Of a DNA stretch of 64,000 nucleotides, positions 20,860-30,923 are shown one piece after another. Source of the DNA: Geobacteraceae bacterium (GTDB lineage: Bacteria; Desulfobacterota; Desulfuromonadia; Geobacterales; Geobacteraceae); contig JAYFNT010000030.1 of the NCBI GenBank assembly GCA_034933285.1, positions 196 through 64,195 of the forward strand, in the 5' to 3' direction. How positions within the stretch are numbered: the first letter of the stretch is position 1; each line of letters begins with the position of its first letter. The translations under genes and the position numbers were made by a program. The notes under the pieces are model-generated. The model was not told the DNA's origin, made no database searches, and saw only the letters and a list, made by a program, of their open reading frames with translations.

Positions 20860-21432
20860 ATGCTGTTGATGATTGATAACTATGACTCTTTCACGTACAA
20901 CCTGGTCCAGTATTTCGGCCAGCTCGGAGAAGAGGTGGTGGTCCACCGCAACGACCGGATCACCCTCGATGAAATCGAGAGGCTTTCCCCGGAGCGGATC
21001 GTGATCTCGCCGGGGCCGTGCACCCCGGCCGAAGCCGGCATATCGGTGTCTGCCATTCTGCGTTTTGCGGGGAAGGTGCCGCTCTTGGGCGTCTGCCTGG
21101 GTCACCAGGCGATCGGAGCTGCGTTCGGTGGCCGGGTGACCCGCAGCGAATACCTGATGCACGGCAAGACATCTCCCATTCACCATAACGGCAAGGGCCT
21201 TTTCAGAGGCCTTCCCAACCCTTTCGAGGCGACCCGCTATCATTCACTGATCGTTGAGCGCGAAACATTTCCCGATTGTCTCGAAGTGACCGCCTGGATC
21301 GAGAGCGGCGAGATCATGGGACTGGCCCACAGGGAACTCCCCATTTGGGGGGTACAGTTCCATCCGGAATCGATCCTGACCGAGCGGGGCATGGATATCC
21401 TGAGGAACTTTCTGGAGATGAGTAGGGGATAG
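20860..21432 (+). CDS. trpG: anthranilate synthase component II (glutamine amidotransferase)
   Basis: Starts [19 protein letters not shown]. Catalytic GVCLGHQ and the HPES triad are present. Confidence 0.9.
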   Translation: MLLMIDNYDSFTYNLVQYFGQLGEEVVVHRNDRITLDEIERLSPERIVISPGPCTPAEAGISVSAILRFAGKVPLLGVCLGHQAIGAAFGGRVTRSEYLMHGKTSPIHHNGKGLFRGLPNPFEATRYHSLIVERETFPDCLEVTAWIESGEIMGLAHRELPIWGVQFHPESILTERGMDILRNFLEMSRG

Positions 21433-21530
21433 TTTTAGGTTTTAAGTGTTAAGTAAAAACCCTTAGTCCTAAAACATAAAACTTAACACCTAAAACTTAA
21501 AACTTAAAACTTATAAGTTATAACTTAAAA
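21431..21530. repeat. AT-rich heptamer array arranged as an imperfect long inverted repeat between cistrons
   Basis: AGTTTTA GGTTTTA AGTGTTA AGTAAAA ... TAAAACA TAAAACT TAACACC TAAAACT TAAAACT TAAAACT TATAAGT TATAACT TAAAACG. The left and right blocks are reverse complements. It lies between trpG and trpD. Confidence 0.85.
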
Positions 21531-21548
21531 CGTTCTTTTGGTGTTTTT

Positions 21549-22601
21549 ATGATCAAAAAAGCCATCGCAAAGGTAGTGGAACGTCAGGACCTCACTGAAG
21601 CCGAGATGATAGAGGTCATGGATCAGATCATGTCCGGCGAGGCGACCCCGGCCCAGACGGCATCCTTCATCACCGCGCTGCGGATGAAGGGTGAGACGGT
21701 CGACGAGATTACCGGGGCGGCAAGGGTTATGCGCGACCACGCGACCCGCATCAACGTGGGGAGAAATGTCCTGGACATCGACCGCGAGGACATCAACCTG
21801 GACCTGGAAACCGTCCTTGACACCTGCGGCACCGGCGGCAGCGGCACCAACACCTTCAATGTTTCCACCACGGTGGCTTTCGTGGTTTCAGCCTGTGGGG
21901 TCATGGTGGCCAAGCACGGCAACCGTTCGGTTTCGTCCACCTGCGGCAGCGCTGATGTACTGGAAGCTTTGGGGGTCAATCTGGACGTCACTCCCCTGAT
22001 GGTGGAGCGTTGCCTGACGGACATTGGCATCGGCTTCCTGTTCGCGCCGGCACTGCACGGAGCAATGAAGCATGCAATCGGGCCGAGGAAAGAGATCGGT
22101 ATCCGCACCATCTTCAACATCCTCGGCCCTCTGACCAATCCGGCCGGTGCGCAGTGCCAGGTGCTGGGAGTTTACCGCGAGGACCTGGCAGAGAAGCTTG
22201 CCCACGTGCTGAGAAAACTCGGCTGCAAGCGGGGCTTTGTCGTGCACGGCCTGGATGGCATGGACGAGATCACCCTGACAACCCAGACCAGGGTTGCGGA
22301 AGTGACTCCGCAAGGGGTCGGCACCCGGCTGTTCAGCCCCGAAGAACTGGGCTTCACGCGCAGCGTCATGGCCGATCTCAGGGGCGGGGATGCCGTTGCC
22401 AACGCCGCCATCGTGCGGGACGTCCTGGCCGGGGTCCCCGGTCCGAAACGGGATATCGTGCTGCTCAATGCCTCCTTCGGCCTGGTGGCCGCCGGCAAAG
22501 CGGAAGACCTGGCGGAAGGATTGCGCCTTGCCGTTGATGCGATAGATTCGGGCCGGGCAATGGCCCAGTTGGAGAAGCTGGTGGCGATGACCAACGAGTA
22601 G
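21549..22601 (+). CDS. trpD: anthranilate phosphoribosyltransferase
   Basis: 350 aa. Motifs [17 protein letters not shown] and [19 protein letters not shown]. Confidence 0.95.
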   Translation: MIKKAIAKVVERQDLTEAEMIEVMDQIMSGEATPAQTASFITALRMKGETVDEITGAARVMRDHATRINVGRNVLDIDREDINLDLETVLDTCGTGGSGTNTFNVSTTVAFVVSACGVMVAKHGNRSVSSTCGSADVLEALGVNLDVTPLMVERCLTDIGIGFLFAPALHGAMKHAIGPRKEIGIRTIFNILGPLTNPAGAQCQVLGVYREDLAEKLAHVLRKLGCKRGFVVHGLDGMDEITLTTQTRVAEVTPQGVGTRLFSPEELGFTRSVMADLRGGDAVANAAIVRDVLAGVPGPKRDIVLLNASFGLVAAGKAEDLAEGLRLAVDAIDSGRAMAQLEKLVAMTNE

Positions 22602-22610
22602 TTCGAGGAG

Positions 22611-23225
22611 GTGACCATGGGACCTCTTGCGGAAGACATGGGGAAGCGCTTCACCTACGCGGAGTATTGCACATGGGACGACGAACAGCGATGGGAGCTG
22701 ATCGACGGCGTTCCCTACAACATGACCCCGGCTCCGGCAACCAGACATCAGAGGATTTCGAGCAACATTCATCTGATGATTTCCGAATTCCTTCGAGGGA
22801 AGCAGTGTGTGCCGTTCTATGCTCCCACTGACGTGGTGTTCGACGAGCATAACGTGGTCCAGCCGGACCTGCTGGTGGTCTGCGACCGGGAGAAGATAAC
22901 CGAGGCCAACATCCAGGGCGCGCCGGATCTGGTAATCGAGATCCTTTCGCCCGCCACCGGCCGGAAGGACCGGCGCGAAAAGAAGGCGCTCTATGAACGT
23001 TTCGGCGTGCGGGAATACATAGTGCTCGATCCTTTCAACGAGACGGTGGAGCGCCTTTCCCTGACAGACTGCCGGTATGGGCCACCGGACGTGTTCGGCT
23101 GGGATGAGACCATGAGATTCGTTGTCCTGCCTGAGCTGGAGCTGGAACTCTGGAGCATATTCGAAAAGGAAAAGACCGAGGCGGTAAATGAGCGGTACCC
23201 CGGATATATTACGGAAAATAGTTGA
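22611..23225 (+). CDS. Uma2-family (DUF820) PD-(D/E)xK-type endonuclease embedded in the trp operon
   Basis: 204 aa. ELIDG....MTPAP...HQRIS...L, then PTDVVF......VQPDLLVV and APDLVIEILSP....D...K...Y...GV.EY..LDP are the Uma2 hallmarks. A GAGGAGG RBS lies 9 nt after the trpD stop. The 3' end overlaps the trpC start. Confidence 0.8.
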   Translation: MTMGPLAEDMGKRFTYAEYCTWDDEQRWELIDGVPYNMTPAPATRHQRISSNIHLMISEFLRGKQCVPFYAPTDVVFDEHNVVQPDLLVVCDREKITEANIQGAPDLVIEILSPATGRKDRREKKALYERFGVREYIVLDPFNETVERLSLTDCRYGPPDVFGWDETMRFVVLPELELELWSIFEKEKTEAVNERYPGYITENS

Positions 23226-23991
23226 GTACAAGAGGCATGAACTGGCATCCGCCAAGTCGCACAGTTCTAAGGCCGAACTGAAGGCCCGATGCGGCGATAT
23301 GCCGCCGGTGCGCGGATTCCGGGAATCCCTTGAGCGGGTGGATGGAGCCGGGCGGACCGCTTTGATCGCCGAAGTGAAGAAGGGTTCTCCCAGCAAGGGG
23401 GTGATCTGCGCCGACTTCGATCCGGTTGCCATTGCCGGGATCTATGAACGGAACGGGGCTGCATGTCTGTCGGTGCTCACCGATGAGCATTTCTTCCTCG
23501 GTCACCTGGACTATCTCACCCGAATTCGAACCGCCGTGAACATTCCACTTTTGCGGAAGGATTTCATTTTCGACGAATACCAGATCTGGGAGGCGCGTGC
23601 CGCCGGAGCGGATGCCGTACTCCTGATCGCAGCAATGCTGGGTCTTCCCCAAATGCTGGAATTCATCGCCGTAGCCCGCGAGCTGTCTCTTGATATCCTG
23701 CTGGAAGTCCACGACGAGGCGGAACTGGAGAAGGCCCTGGAAACCGATTGCCGCCTGGTCGGCATCAACAACCGCAATCTCCGCACATTCGAGCTCGATC
23801 TGGCGACAACTGAAAGGCTCTGCGCCCTCATGCCGCCAGGGCGCTTCCCGGTTGCGGAGAGCGGTGTCCATACCCGGGACGATGTTCTCCGGCTTCATGC
23901 TGCCGGGGCACGGGCCTTCCTGATCGGCGAGTCGCTCATGCGCGAGCCCGACATCGGAACGAAAGTGCTGGAAATCCTTGGAGAGAAATAA
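23188..23991 (+). CDS. trpC: indole-3-glycerol phosphate synthase
   Basis: 267 aa. Motifs LIAEVKKGSPSKG, LSVLTDE.FF.G and LLRKDFI.D.YQI.EAR..GADAVLLI. Confidence 0.9.
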   Translation: MSGTPDILRKIVEYKRHELASAKSHSSKAELKARCGDMPPVRGFRESLERVDGAGRTALIAEVKKGSPSKGVICADFDPVAIAGIYERNGAACLSVLTDEHFFLGHLDYLTRIRTAVNIPLLRKDFIFDEYQIWEARAAGADAVLLIAAMLGLPQMLEFIAVARELSLDILLEVHDEAELEKALETDCRLVGINNRNLRTFELDLATTERLCALMPPGRFPVAESGVHTRDDVLRLHAAGARAFLIGESLMREPDIGTKVLEILGEK

Positions 23992-24050
23992 GTAGTCCGC
24001 TTGTGCCATTCCTAGTGCCCGTTTGATACCATTCATTTGCAGGAGGTTCC

Positions 24051-25406
24051 ATGACGACCAAGATTCTGCTCCCCGAAGACCGGATTCCGAAACAGTGGTA
24101 CAACATCATTCCCGACATGCCGGGTCCACTGGCGCCGGTCATCAACCCTCAGACTCTGAAGCCGGTCACACCGGACGACCTGCTTCCCATATTTCCCATG
24201 TCGCTGATAGAGCAGGAGGTTTCGCGGGAGCGCTGGATCGATATTCCCGACGAGATTCGCGAGATCTACCAGTTGTGGAGGCCGACCCCACTTTACCGGG
24301 CGCGGAGGCTGGAAAAGGCGCTGGGCACACCCGCACGCATTTATTACAAGCACGAAGGGGTGTCTCCCGCGGGATCCCACAAGCCAAATTCCGCCATACC
24401 GCAGGCATGGTACAACAAGCAGGCCGGCATCCGGAGGCTTGCCACCGAGACCGGCGCCGGCCAGTGGGGCAGTTCCCTGGCCCTTGCCTGTACCTTCTTC
24501 GGCATGGAGTGCACGGTCTACATGGTAAAGGTCTCGTTCACCCAAAAGCCTTACCGCAAGAGCATGATGCAACTCTGGGGAGCCACCGTGATCGCGTCGC
24601 CATCCGAGTTCACCAATGCCGGCCGCTCCATACTTGCACATGACCCGGACAACCTGGGCAGCCTGGGAATCGCGATATCAGAGGCGGTGGAGGATGCCGC
24701 GACCCATGAGGATACCAATTATGCCCTGGGCAGCGTTCTGAACCACGTCTGCCTGCACCAGACTGTCATCGGCCAGGAGGCCAAGGCCCAGATGGAGATC
24801 GCTGGACACTATCCTGACGTGGTCATTGCCTGTTGCGGTGGTGGTTCCAATTTCTCCGGGCTTTCGTTTCCCTTCATCGCGGACCGCGCTACGGGGAAAA
24901 AGGTCCGGTGTGTTGCAGTGGAACCCACTTCCTGCCCCACGCTGACCAAGGGTGTCTATGCCTTCGACTACGGCGATACCGCGAAAATTTCTCCCATTGC
25001 CATGATGTATACCCTGGGCCATGATTTCATGCCGCCGGGCATCCATGCCGGTGGGCTGCGCTATCACGGCGAATCTCCGTTGGTATCGCAGCTGTGCCAT
25101 GCGGGAGAGATCGAAGCCAAGGCCTACAGCCAGAATGCCTGTTTCGAAGCTGCCGTGCTCTTTGCCCGCAGCGAAGGGATCGTTCCGGCGCCCGAATCAT
25201 CTCATGCCATACGCGCTGCAATTGACGAGGCCGTGATGGCAAAGGAAGAGGGAAGGGAAAAGACCATCCTGTTCGGTCTTTCCGGCCACGGACAGGTGGA
25301 CATGGCTGCCTATGACGCTTATCTTTCAGGGGCTCTGGAAGACTACGAGTATCCCGAGGAAAAGATCCGGGAGGCGCTGGACCGACTGCCGAAAGTGTCC
25401 TTGTAA
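24051..25406 (+). CDS. trpB2: TrpB2-type tryptophan synthase beta-subunit paralog
   Basis: 451 aa. This is longer than TrpB1, with the TrpB2-type N-terminal extension ([13 protein letters not shown]...) and the PLP lysine context [18 protein letters not shown]. Confidence 0.85.
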   Translation: MTTKILLPEDRIPKQWYNIIPDMPGPLAPVINPQTLKPVTPDDLLPIFPMSLIEQEVSRERWIDIPDEIREIYQLWRPTPLYRARRLEKALGTPARIYYKHEGVSPAGSHKPNSAIPQAWYNKQAGIRRLATETGAGQWGSSLALACTFFGMECTVYMVKVSFTQKPYRKSMMQLWGATVIASPSEFTNAGRSILAHDPDNLGSLGIAISEAVEDAATHEDTNYALGSVLNHVCLHQTVIGQEAKAQMEIAGHYPDVVIACCGGGSNFSGLSFPFIADRATGKKVRCVAVEPTSCPTLTKGVYAFDYGDTAKISPIAMMYTLGHDFMPPGIHAGGLRYHGESPLVSQLCHAGEIEAKAYSQNACFEAAVLFARSEGIVPAPESSHAIRAAIDEAVMAKEEGREKTILFGLSGHGQVDMAAYDAYLSGALEDYEYPEEKIREALDRLPKVSL

Positions 25407-25423
25407 CACGGAAATCCCCCTCG

Positions 25424-25492
25424 ATCCCCCTTTCTCAAAGGGGGATGACTGACCGCTCATCTTTGATACCCCCCCTTTATGAAAGGGGGGGT
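25424..25492. repeat. two C-run/G-run hairpins (ATCCCCCTT..AAGGGGGAT; ACCCCCCCTT..AAGGGGGGGT)
   Basis: Seen directly between trpB2 and trpF. A related degenerate copy is at about 9620-9655. Confidence 0.7.
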
Positions 25493-25528
25493 AGGGGGGG
25501 GATTTGAAACGGAAAAAAGGTGCCGGTT

Positions 25529-26140
25529 ATGGTCAAAGTCAAGATCTGCGGGATTACAAACGAGGATGATGCTCTGCAGGCGGTGGACGCGGGCGCCGAT
25601 GCCCTGGGTTTCGTATTCTACAACCTGTCACCCCGCTGCATTACCTTCGAGGCGGCGGAGAGGATTATTCGCAGACTGCCGCCGTTCGTCGCGGCTGTCG
25701 GGGTCTTCGTCAACAATCCCGCCACTTTCATTGCCAGTGCGGTAGAGCGCAGCGGTATAGGAATCGTCCAGCTTCACGGCGATGAGTCGCCTGCATTTTG
25801 TTCGGGGCTCCGGCACAAGGTGGTAAAGGCTTTTCGTGTCCGGGACATCACCAGCCTGGACGCAATTCGGAATTACCCCGTATCCGGCTATCTTCTCGAT
25901 GCCTATGTGCCCGGGGCTTACGGCGGAACCGGCCTGACCTTCAACTGGGAAACCGCCAGGTTAGCCAAGCAGTATGGCCCCATAATACTGGCAGGCGGTT
26001 TGAACCCTACCAACGTTCTCAAGGCTGTGGAGACTGTGGAGCCATACGGGATCGACGTTTCCAGCGGGGTGGAGGCTTCACCCGGAAAGAAGGACCACGC
26101 CAGGGTGACGGAGCTGATAAGGCGTGCGAAACGTCTGTGA
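25529..26140 (+). CDS. trpF: phosphoribosylanthranilate isomerase
   Basis: Starts MVKVKICGIT..EDA. Also contains GADALGFVF...SPR and QLHGDE. GTG 25520 is an alternative start. Confidence 0.9.
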   Translation: MVKVKICGITNEDDALQAVDAGADALGFVFYNLSPRCITFEAAERIIRRLPPFVAAVGVFVNNPATFIASAVERSGIGIVQLHGDESPAFCSGLRHKVVKAFRVRDITSLDAIRNYPVSGYLLDAYVPGAYGGTGLTFNWETARLAKQYGPIILAGGLNPTNVLKAVETVEPYGIDVSSGVEASPGKKDHARVTELIRRAKRL

Positions 26141-26346
26141 TAACTTGGTCCTGAATACGTGACGTCGGAGAGCCTTGCGAACGGAATGGCGGGGTCCAAC
26201 GCCGCTGACTCCGTTACGTGCCTGTTACGTCAGGTGAACGTTGATGGGGGGCCAAAAATGCCCGGAATGCAAAACAAGAGGCATTAACCGTTCGCGAAGG
26301 CGCGAGGCGTTGCGGATTCAGGTTGGTGTGAAACTTCGGAGGTTAT

Positions 26347-27537
26347 ATGAAATTACCCGATAAATCCGGCCACTTTGGCAGTTTCGGCGGCAGGTTCGTT
26401 CCCGAGACTCTCATGCCGATCCTGCTGGAACTGGAAAAGGCATACGCGGGCATCAAGAACGACCGCGACTTTAAGGATGAGTTCAACTATTATCTCAAGG
26501 ATTACGTGGGGAGGCCCAATCCGCTCTATTTCGCCGAGAAGCTGACGAAGAAGCTCGGTGGGGCGAAGATCTACCTGAAGCGTGAGGACCTGAACCATAC
26601 CGGTGCGCACAAGATCAACAACACCATCGGCCAGGGTCTCCTGGCGAGGCGGATGGGCAAGAAGCGGGTCATTGCCGAAACCGGCGCCGGTCAGCACGGT
26701 GTGGCGACGGCGACCATAGCGGCCCTGTTCGGCATGGAATGCGAGGTCTTCATGGGCGAGGAGGATATCCGCCGCCAGTCCCTCAACGTGTTCCGCATGA
26801 AGCTGCTGGGCGCCAAGGTGACGCCGGTCTCTTCCGGGACCGCGACCCTCAAGGACGCCATGAACGAGGCGCTCCGCAACTGGGTCACCTACGTCAGGGA
26901 CACGTTCTACGTCATCGGCACCACCGCCGGCCCCCATCCCTATCCCATGATGGTGCGCGACTTCCAGTCGGTCATCGGGCGAGAAGCCAAGCTGCAGCAC
27001 GACCGGGCGGAAGGACGGCTGCCGGACTACCTGGTGGCCGCGGTAGGCGGCGGCAGCAATTCGTTGGGACTTTTCCACCCCTTCATCGATGAGCCGGATG
27101 TACGCCTGATCGGCGTCGAGGCGGCCGGTTTCGGGATTTCCACCGGCAAGCACGCGGCCCCGCTCTGCGCGGGGCGCGTCGGGGTGCTTCACGGCAACAA
27201 GACCTACCTGCTCCAGGACGACAACGGCCAGATAGCCTTTGCCCATTCAATTTCCGCGGGCCTGGATTACCCGGGCGTCGGCCCCGAACATGCCTGGCTC
27301 AAGGACACGGGACGCGCAGAGTATGTTTCCGTCACCGATGATGAGGCCATGGAAGGGTTCCGGGCCCTGACACAGGAGGAGGGCATTCTCCCTGCCCTGG
27401 AATCGTCCCACGCCATTGCCCATGTGCTGAAGCTTGCGCCGACCCTGCCGTCCGACAAGACCATAGTGGTCTGTCTGTCAGGACGTGGGGACAAGGACAT
27501 CCATACCGTTGCCGATTACATGGGAGTCGAATTGTAG
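26347..27537 (+). CDS. trpB: tryptophan synthase beta chain (TrpB1 type)
   Basis: 396 aa. Motifs [32 protein letters not shown] and [14 protein letters not shown]. Confidence 0.95.
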   Translation: MKLPDKSGHFGSFGGRFVPETLMPILLELEKAYAGIKNDRDFKDEFNYYLKDYVGRPNPLYFAEKLTKKLGGAKIYLKREDLNHTGAHKINNTIGQGLLARRMGKKRVIAETGAGQHGVATATIAALFGMECEVFMGEEDIRRQSLNVFRMKLLGAKVTPVSSGTATLKDAMNEALRNWVTYVRDTFYVIGTTAGPHPYPMMVRDFQSVIGREAKLQHDRAEGRLPDYLVAAVGGGSNSLGLFHPFIDEPDVRLIGVEAAGFGISTGKHAAPLCAGRVGVLHGNKTYLLQDDNGQIAFAHSISAGLDYPGVGPEHAWLKDTGRAEYVSVTDDEAMEGFRALTQEEGILPALESSHAIAHVLKLAPTLPSDKTIVVCLSGRGDKDIHTVADYMGVEL

Positions 27538-27660
27538 CAGGCTGTCAGGGGCGTGATGAATCACGCCCCTGCACCCGCATCATTCCTTGCCCAGGCTCTT
27601 CACGTCGACTAATGGCATTGCACATCCGCCAGCTTGGGCATGTGCCCGCCCGTTGGAGGT

Positions 27661-29016
27661 ATGAGAGGCGTGGTGGTGAATCGGAAGAGAATCGTGTCTG
27701 CCTGGCATGGCGCTTCAACGCCTGGTCCGGTCGTTTACTGGATGAGCCGGGATCAGCGGGCTGACGATAACTGGGCGTTGCTGCATGCCCAGGAGTTGGC
27801 GCTGGAACGCAAAGCGCCTCTCGGTGTCGTATTCTGCCTGGTTCCCCAATACCTGGGTGCGACGATCCGTCACTACGGTTTCATGCTGCGGGGCCTGGAA
27901 GGGGTGGCCGGGCGTCTTGCAGGGAAGGGTATCCGGTTTTCCCTGCTGGTGGGGGACCCGGAAAAAGAAATTCCCCGTTTCATCGGGGAGCAGGGTGTAT
28001 CCTGCCTGGTTGCGGACTTTAATCCGCTGCGGGTCAAGCAGTGTTGGGACCGGAAGGTGGCAGAGGGAATCACGGTCCCGTTCGAGGTGGTCGATGCCCA
28101 TAACATAGTTCCCTGCCCGGTGGCCTCTTCGAAACGGGAATTCGGCGCCCATACGTTCCGGCCGAAGATCCGTAAGGCGCTTCCGGAATTCCTGACCGAT
28201 TTTCCACCGCTCCGGGAACATCCCTTCCCATGGAAAGGAAAGCCGGAGCATATTGACTGGGAGCATCTCCGAAATGGGCTGCGGCTTGATTGCTCAGTCG
28301 GAGAAATATCCTGGCTTGAACCGGGAGAACGGGCCTCTCGCCTGGCCTTGCGGGACTTCCTGGAAAACCGGCTTGCCTCTTGCTATGGAACAAGGAATGA
28401 TCCTGCACGCAATTGTCAGTCAAACCTCTCTCCCTATTTCCATTTCGGACAGCTCGCTCCCCAGCGGGCAGCCCTGGCAGCGCAACGGTTCGACGAGAAC
28501 TTCCAGGCTCTGGAATCATTCCTGGAGGAGCTGATCATAAGGCGGGAACTCTCGGACAACTTCTGCCTCCACACTCCCGACTACGACAGGTTCAGCTGTT
28601 TCCCCGCCTGGGCCCGGGAAACACTGGAACTTCACAGGAATGACCAGCGCGGATATCTTTACGGCCGGGAGCAATTGGAGAGGTCTGAAACCCATGATCC
28701 TTTGTGGAACGCGGCCCAGGCGGAGATGGTGAAGTACGGAAAGATGCACGGCTACCTGCGGATGTACTGGGCAAAAAAGATCCTGGAATGGACCGCCTCG
28801 CCGGAACAGGCGATGGAAACGGCCGTTTACCTTAATGACCGTTACGAACTGGACGGCCGTGACCCCAACGGCTATGCCGGGATCGCCTGGAGCGTGGGCG
28901 GTGTCCATGACAGGCCCTGGCCGGAACGCTTGGTCTATGGCAAGATACGTTCAATGACCTACCAGGGATGCAAGAAGAAATTCGATGTGGACGCCTACAT
29001 AAGAAAGGTGGGGTAA
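27661..29016 (+). CDS. phr: class II CPD deoxyribodipyrimidine photolyase
   Basis: ATG 27661 directly follows GGAGGT. Class II hallmarks are present: VVYWMSRDQRADDNWAL, NLSPYFHFGQL, THDPLWNAAQ.EM...GKMHGYLRMYWAKKILEW, DGRDPNGYAGIAWS.GGVHDR.W. Confidence 0.9.
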   Translation: MRGVVVNRKRIVSAWHGASTPGPVVYWMSRDQRADDNWALLHAQELALERKAPLGVVFCLVPQYLGATIRHYGFMLRGLEGVAGRLAGKGIRFSLLVGDPEKEIPRFIGEQGVSCLVADFNPLRVKQCWDRKVAEGITVPFEVVDAHNIVPCPVASSKREFGAHTFRPKIRKALPEFLTDFPPLREHPFPWKGKPEHIDWEHLRNGLRLDCSVGEISWLEPGERASRLALRDFLENRLASCYGTRNDPARNCQSNLSPYFHFGQLAPQRAALAAQRFDENFQALESFLEELIIRRELSDNFCLHTPDYDRFSCFPAWARETLELHRNDQRGYLYGREQLERSETHDPLWNAAQAEMVKYGKMHGYLRMYWAKKILEWTASPEQAMETAVYLNDRYELDGRDPNGYAGIAWSVGGVHDRPWPERLVYGKIRSMTYQGCKKKFDVDAYIRKVG

Positions 29017-29056
29017 AGGCAGGGCGGAAAGGTCTTCCAGGCATGATTCTCAGGGG

Positions 29057-29530
29057 TTAACCGGGCTGGCTTTCTCCTGTCCTTTCAGCCGGTACCGGAC
29101 TGCCCAGGATGTTTTCCAGTGTGGCGAACAGGTCCTTGAGCACAATCGGCTTGATGATGTTGCATGTTACATTCAGTTTTTTAGTTTCCTCGACGAAATC
29201 CGCATCCTCATTCGCGGTGATGAAGATAATGGGTATGTCCGGGTTCAATTCCCTGATGGCCCTTGACATGTGAATCCCGTCCATGAGCGGCATGCGCGTG
29301 TCGGTTATGACAACATCGGGATGGTGCGTTTTGTAAAGTTCGAGCCCTTCTCTGCCGTCACCGGCCTGGTAGATCGTTGTATATCGGGCCTGCAGCATTT
29401 TGTGGACGGTCATGCGGGTGATTGCTTCATCTTCCACGTAGAGAATCGAGGCTTTCTGTTTCTCTCGTTTTTTGATGCTTCTCAAGGCTGACCCCTTCAG
29501 ATGACCGGTGTTCCGGTCGCTCTCCTTCAC
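29057..29530 (-). CDS. single-domain response regulator (CheY-like receiver)
   Basis: 157 aa. ILYVEDE, the phospho-acceptor context VVITDTRMPLMDG, IIFITA and a conserved K in IIKP. No output domain. Confidence 0.8.
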   Translation of the reverse strand: MKESDRNTGHLKGSALRSIKKREKQKASILYVEDEAITRMTVHKMLQARYTTIYQAGDGREGLELYKTHHPDVVITDTRMPLMDGIHMSRAIRELNPDIPIIFITANEDADFVEETKKLNVTCNIIKPIVLKDLFATLENILGSPVPAERTGESQPG

Positions 29531-29677
29531 CGTTTTCCCTGGATGTGCGCCATGCTGCCGTCTGGGGGACTTGTCAAGAAATTTTCAATTTGTGGGATGT
29601 CACTAGAAAAACATGAATCACTGAATGATGTCAAGACATCAGTGCGGTTTTTCATACATTTGTCAAGATGATATTGG

Positions 29678-30805
29678 TCAGAGGGTTTTCCGGAAGCGGT
29701 TTACGGCAAATGAAAGGATTACGGTCCCGAGCAGGAACAGGGCGAGGAACTGCTGCCAGAGGATGGTGATTCCCACACCCTTGAGGAAGATCCCACGGAT
29801 GATGACAAGGTAATATCGGAGAGGGTTGATCAAGGTGAGCCACTGGACCGTCTGCGGCATGTTCTCGATGGGAAATGCGAATCCGGAGAGGAGCATGGCC
29901 GGGAAGATGAAGAAAAAGGCGCTCATCATGGCCTGCTGCTGGGTCCTGCTGACCGTGGAGATGAGAAGGCCGAAGCCGAGGCTGCTCATGAGGAAGAGGG
30001 CAGTCGCCCCGAACAGAAGGACAAGGCTTCCACGGATGGGGACGTCGAACCAGAAGGCGGCCACCAGGGTAATGAGCGCAACATCGATAAAACCGATTAG
30101 TATGAACGGGATGGTCTTGCCGAGGATGAATTCGCCCCTGCGGATGGGGGTGACGATGATCTGCTCCATGGTTCCGATCTCTTTTTCCCGCACCACCGCC
30201 ATGCTGGAAAGGAGTATGGTGATGATCAAAACTATGTTGGCGATGACTGCCGGGACATAGTAGTTCCGGCTTTCCAGGTTTTCGTTGAACCAGGCGCGGC
30301 TCTCCATCCCCACCCCTCCCGGCCGGTAAGCGGGGCCGAAGGCCCGGGCCGCCTTTTCCATCAACACCCGTTCACTGTAACGCCCTGCAATCCTTGCTGC
30401 GTAGTTCAGGGCAATTCCTGCGGTGTTGGAATCGGTTCCATCCAGGATCATTTGCACCGGCGCTTCCCGTCCGGAGCGAAGGGCTGCGCCAAAACCGCTG
30501 TTCATGCGCAGGACGACTTTTGTCTTGCCTTGGTCCATGAGTTCAACCAGTCGCTGTTCTCCGTAGAGATGCTCCACGATATGAAAATAGCCCGACCCTG
30601 AAAAGCGTGCAGTGAGGTCCCGGCTTTCCGGGCTGTTGTCAAGGTCGTAGACAGCCATCTTTACGTCCCTGACATCTGTGTTCACAGCGTAGCCGAACAC
30701 AACGGTCTGGAACACAGGCACGATGAATATGATGAAGCGCATCCGGGGGTCGCGCAGCACCTGGATGAATTCCTTTTTGAGCATGGCCTTCAGACGTTCG
30801 AGCAA
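29678..30805 (-). CDS. ABC-2 type transporter permease (YbhS/YbhR-like)
   Basis: 375 aa. N-terminal KEFIQVLRDPRM, a large periplasmic loop, then 5 C-terminal TM helices. Confidence 0.85.
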   Translation of the reverse strand: MLERLKAMLKKEFIQVLRDPRMRFIIFIVPVFQTVVFGYAVNTDVRDVKMAVYDLDNSPESRDLTARFSGSGYFHIVEHLYGEQRLVELMDQGKTKVVLRMNSGFGAALRSGREAPVQMILDGTDSNTAGIALNYAARIAGRYSERVLMEKAARAFGPAYRPGGVGMESRAWFNENLESRNYYVPAVIANIVLIITILLSSMAVVREKEIGTMEQIIVTPIRRGEFILGKTIPFILIGFIDVALITLVAAFWFDVPIRGSLVLLFGATALFLMSSLGFGLLISTVSRTQQQAMMSAFFFIFPAMLLSGFAFPIENMPQTVQWLTLINPLRYYLVIIRGIFLKGVGITILWQQFLALFLLGTVILSFAVNRFRKTL

Positions 30806-30837
30806 ATTGAAACTCCGGATACAGGAGATAGAATTCA

Positions 30838-30900
30838 GGAGTCAGAATAAAACCGAAAAACAATAAAGTTTTTGGTTTATTTTGCTTTTATTCTGACTCC
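30838..30900. repeat. AT-rich 15-bp perfect inverted repeat between the two permease cistrons
   Basis: GGAGTCAGAATAAAA (30838-30852) and TTTTATTCTGACTCC (30886-30900), with an inner AACCGAAAAAC/GTTTTTGGTT stem. Confidence 0.85.
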
Positions 30901-30923
30901 CGACTCTTGACCCCTAATTTTTA

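Noticed and set aside
21888-23432. Very long antisense ORFs. Examples: 514 aa opposite trpD-Uma2-trpC, 380 aa opposite ispG, 372 aa opposite proS, 368 aa opposite the PQQ dehydrogenase, 337 aa opposite the outer-membrane factor gene, and 324 aa opposite macA.
   Set aside because: These are typical shadow ORFs of high-GC DNA. Their translations are Arg/Gly/Pro/Ala-rich low-complexity strings without motifs. The opposite strand encodes unambiguous conserved proteins.
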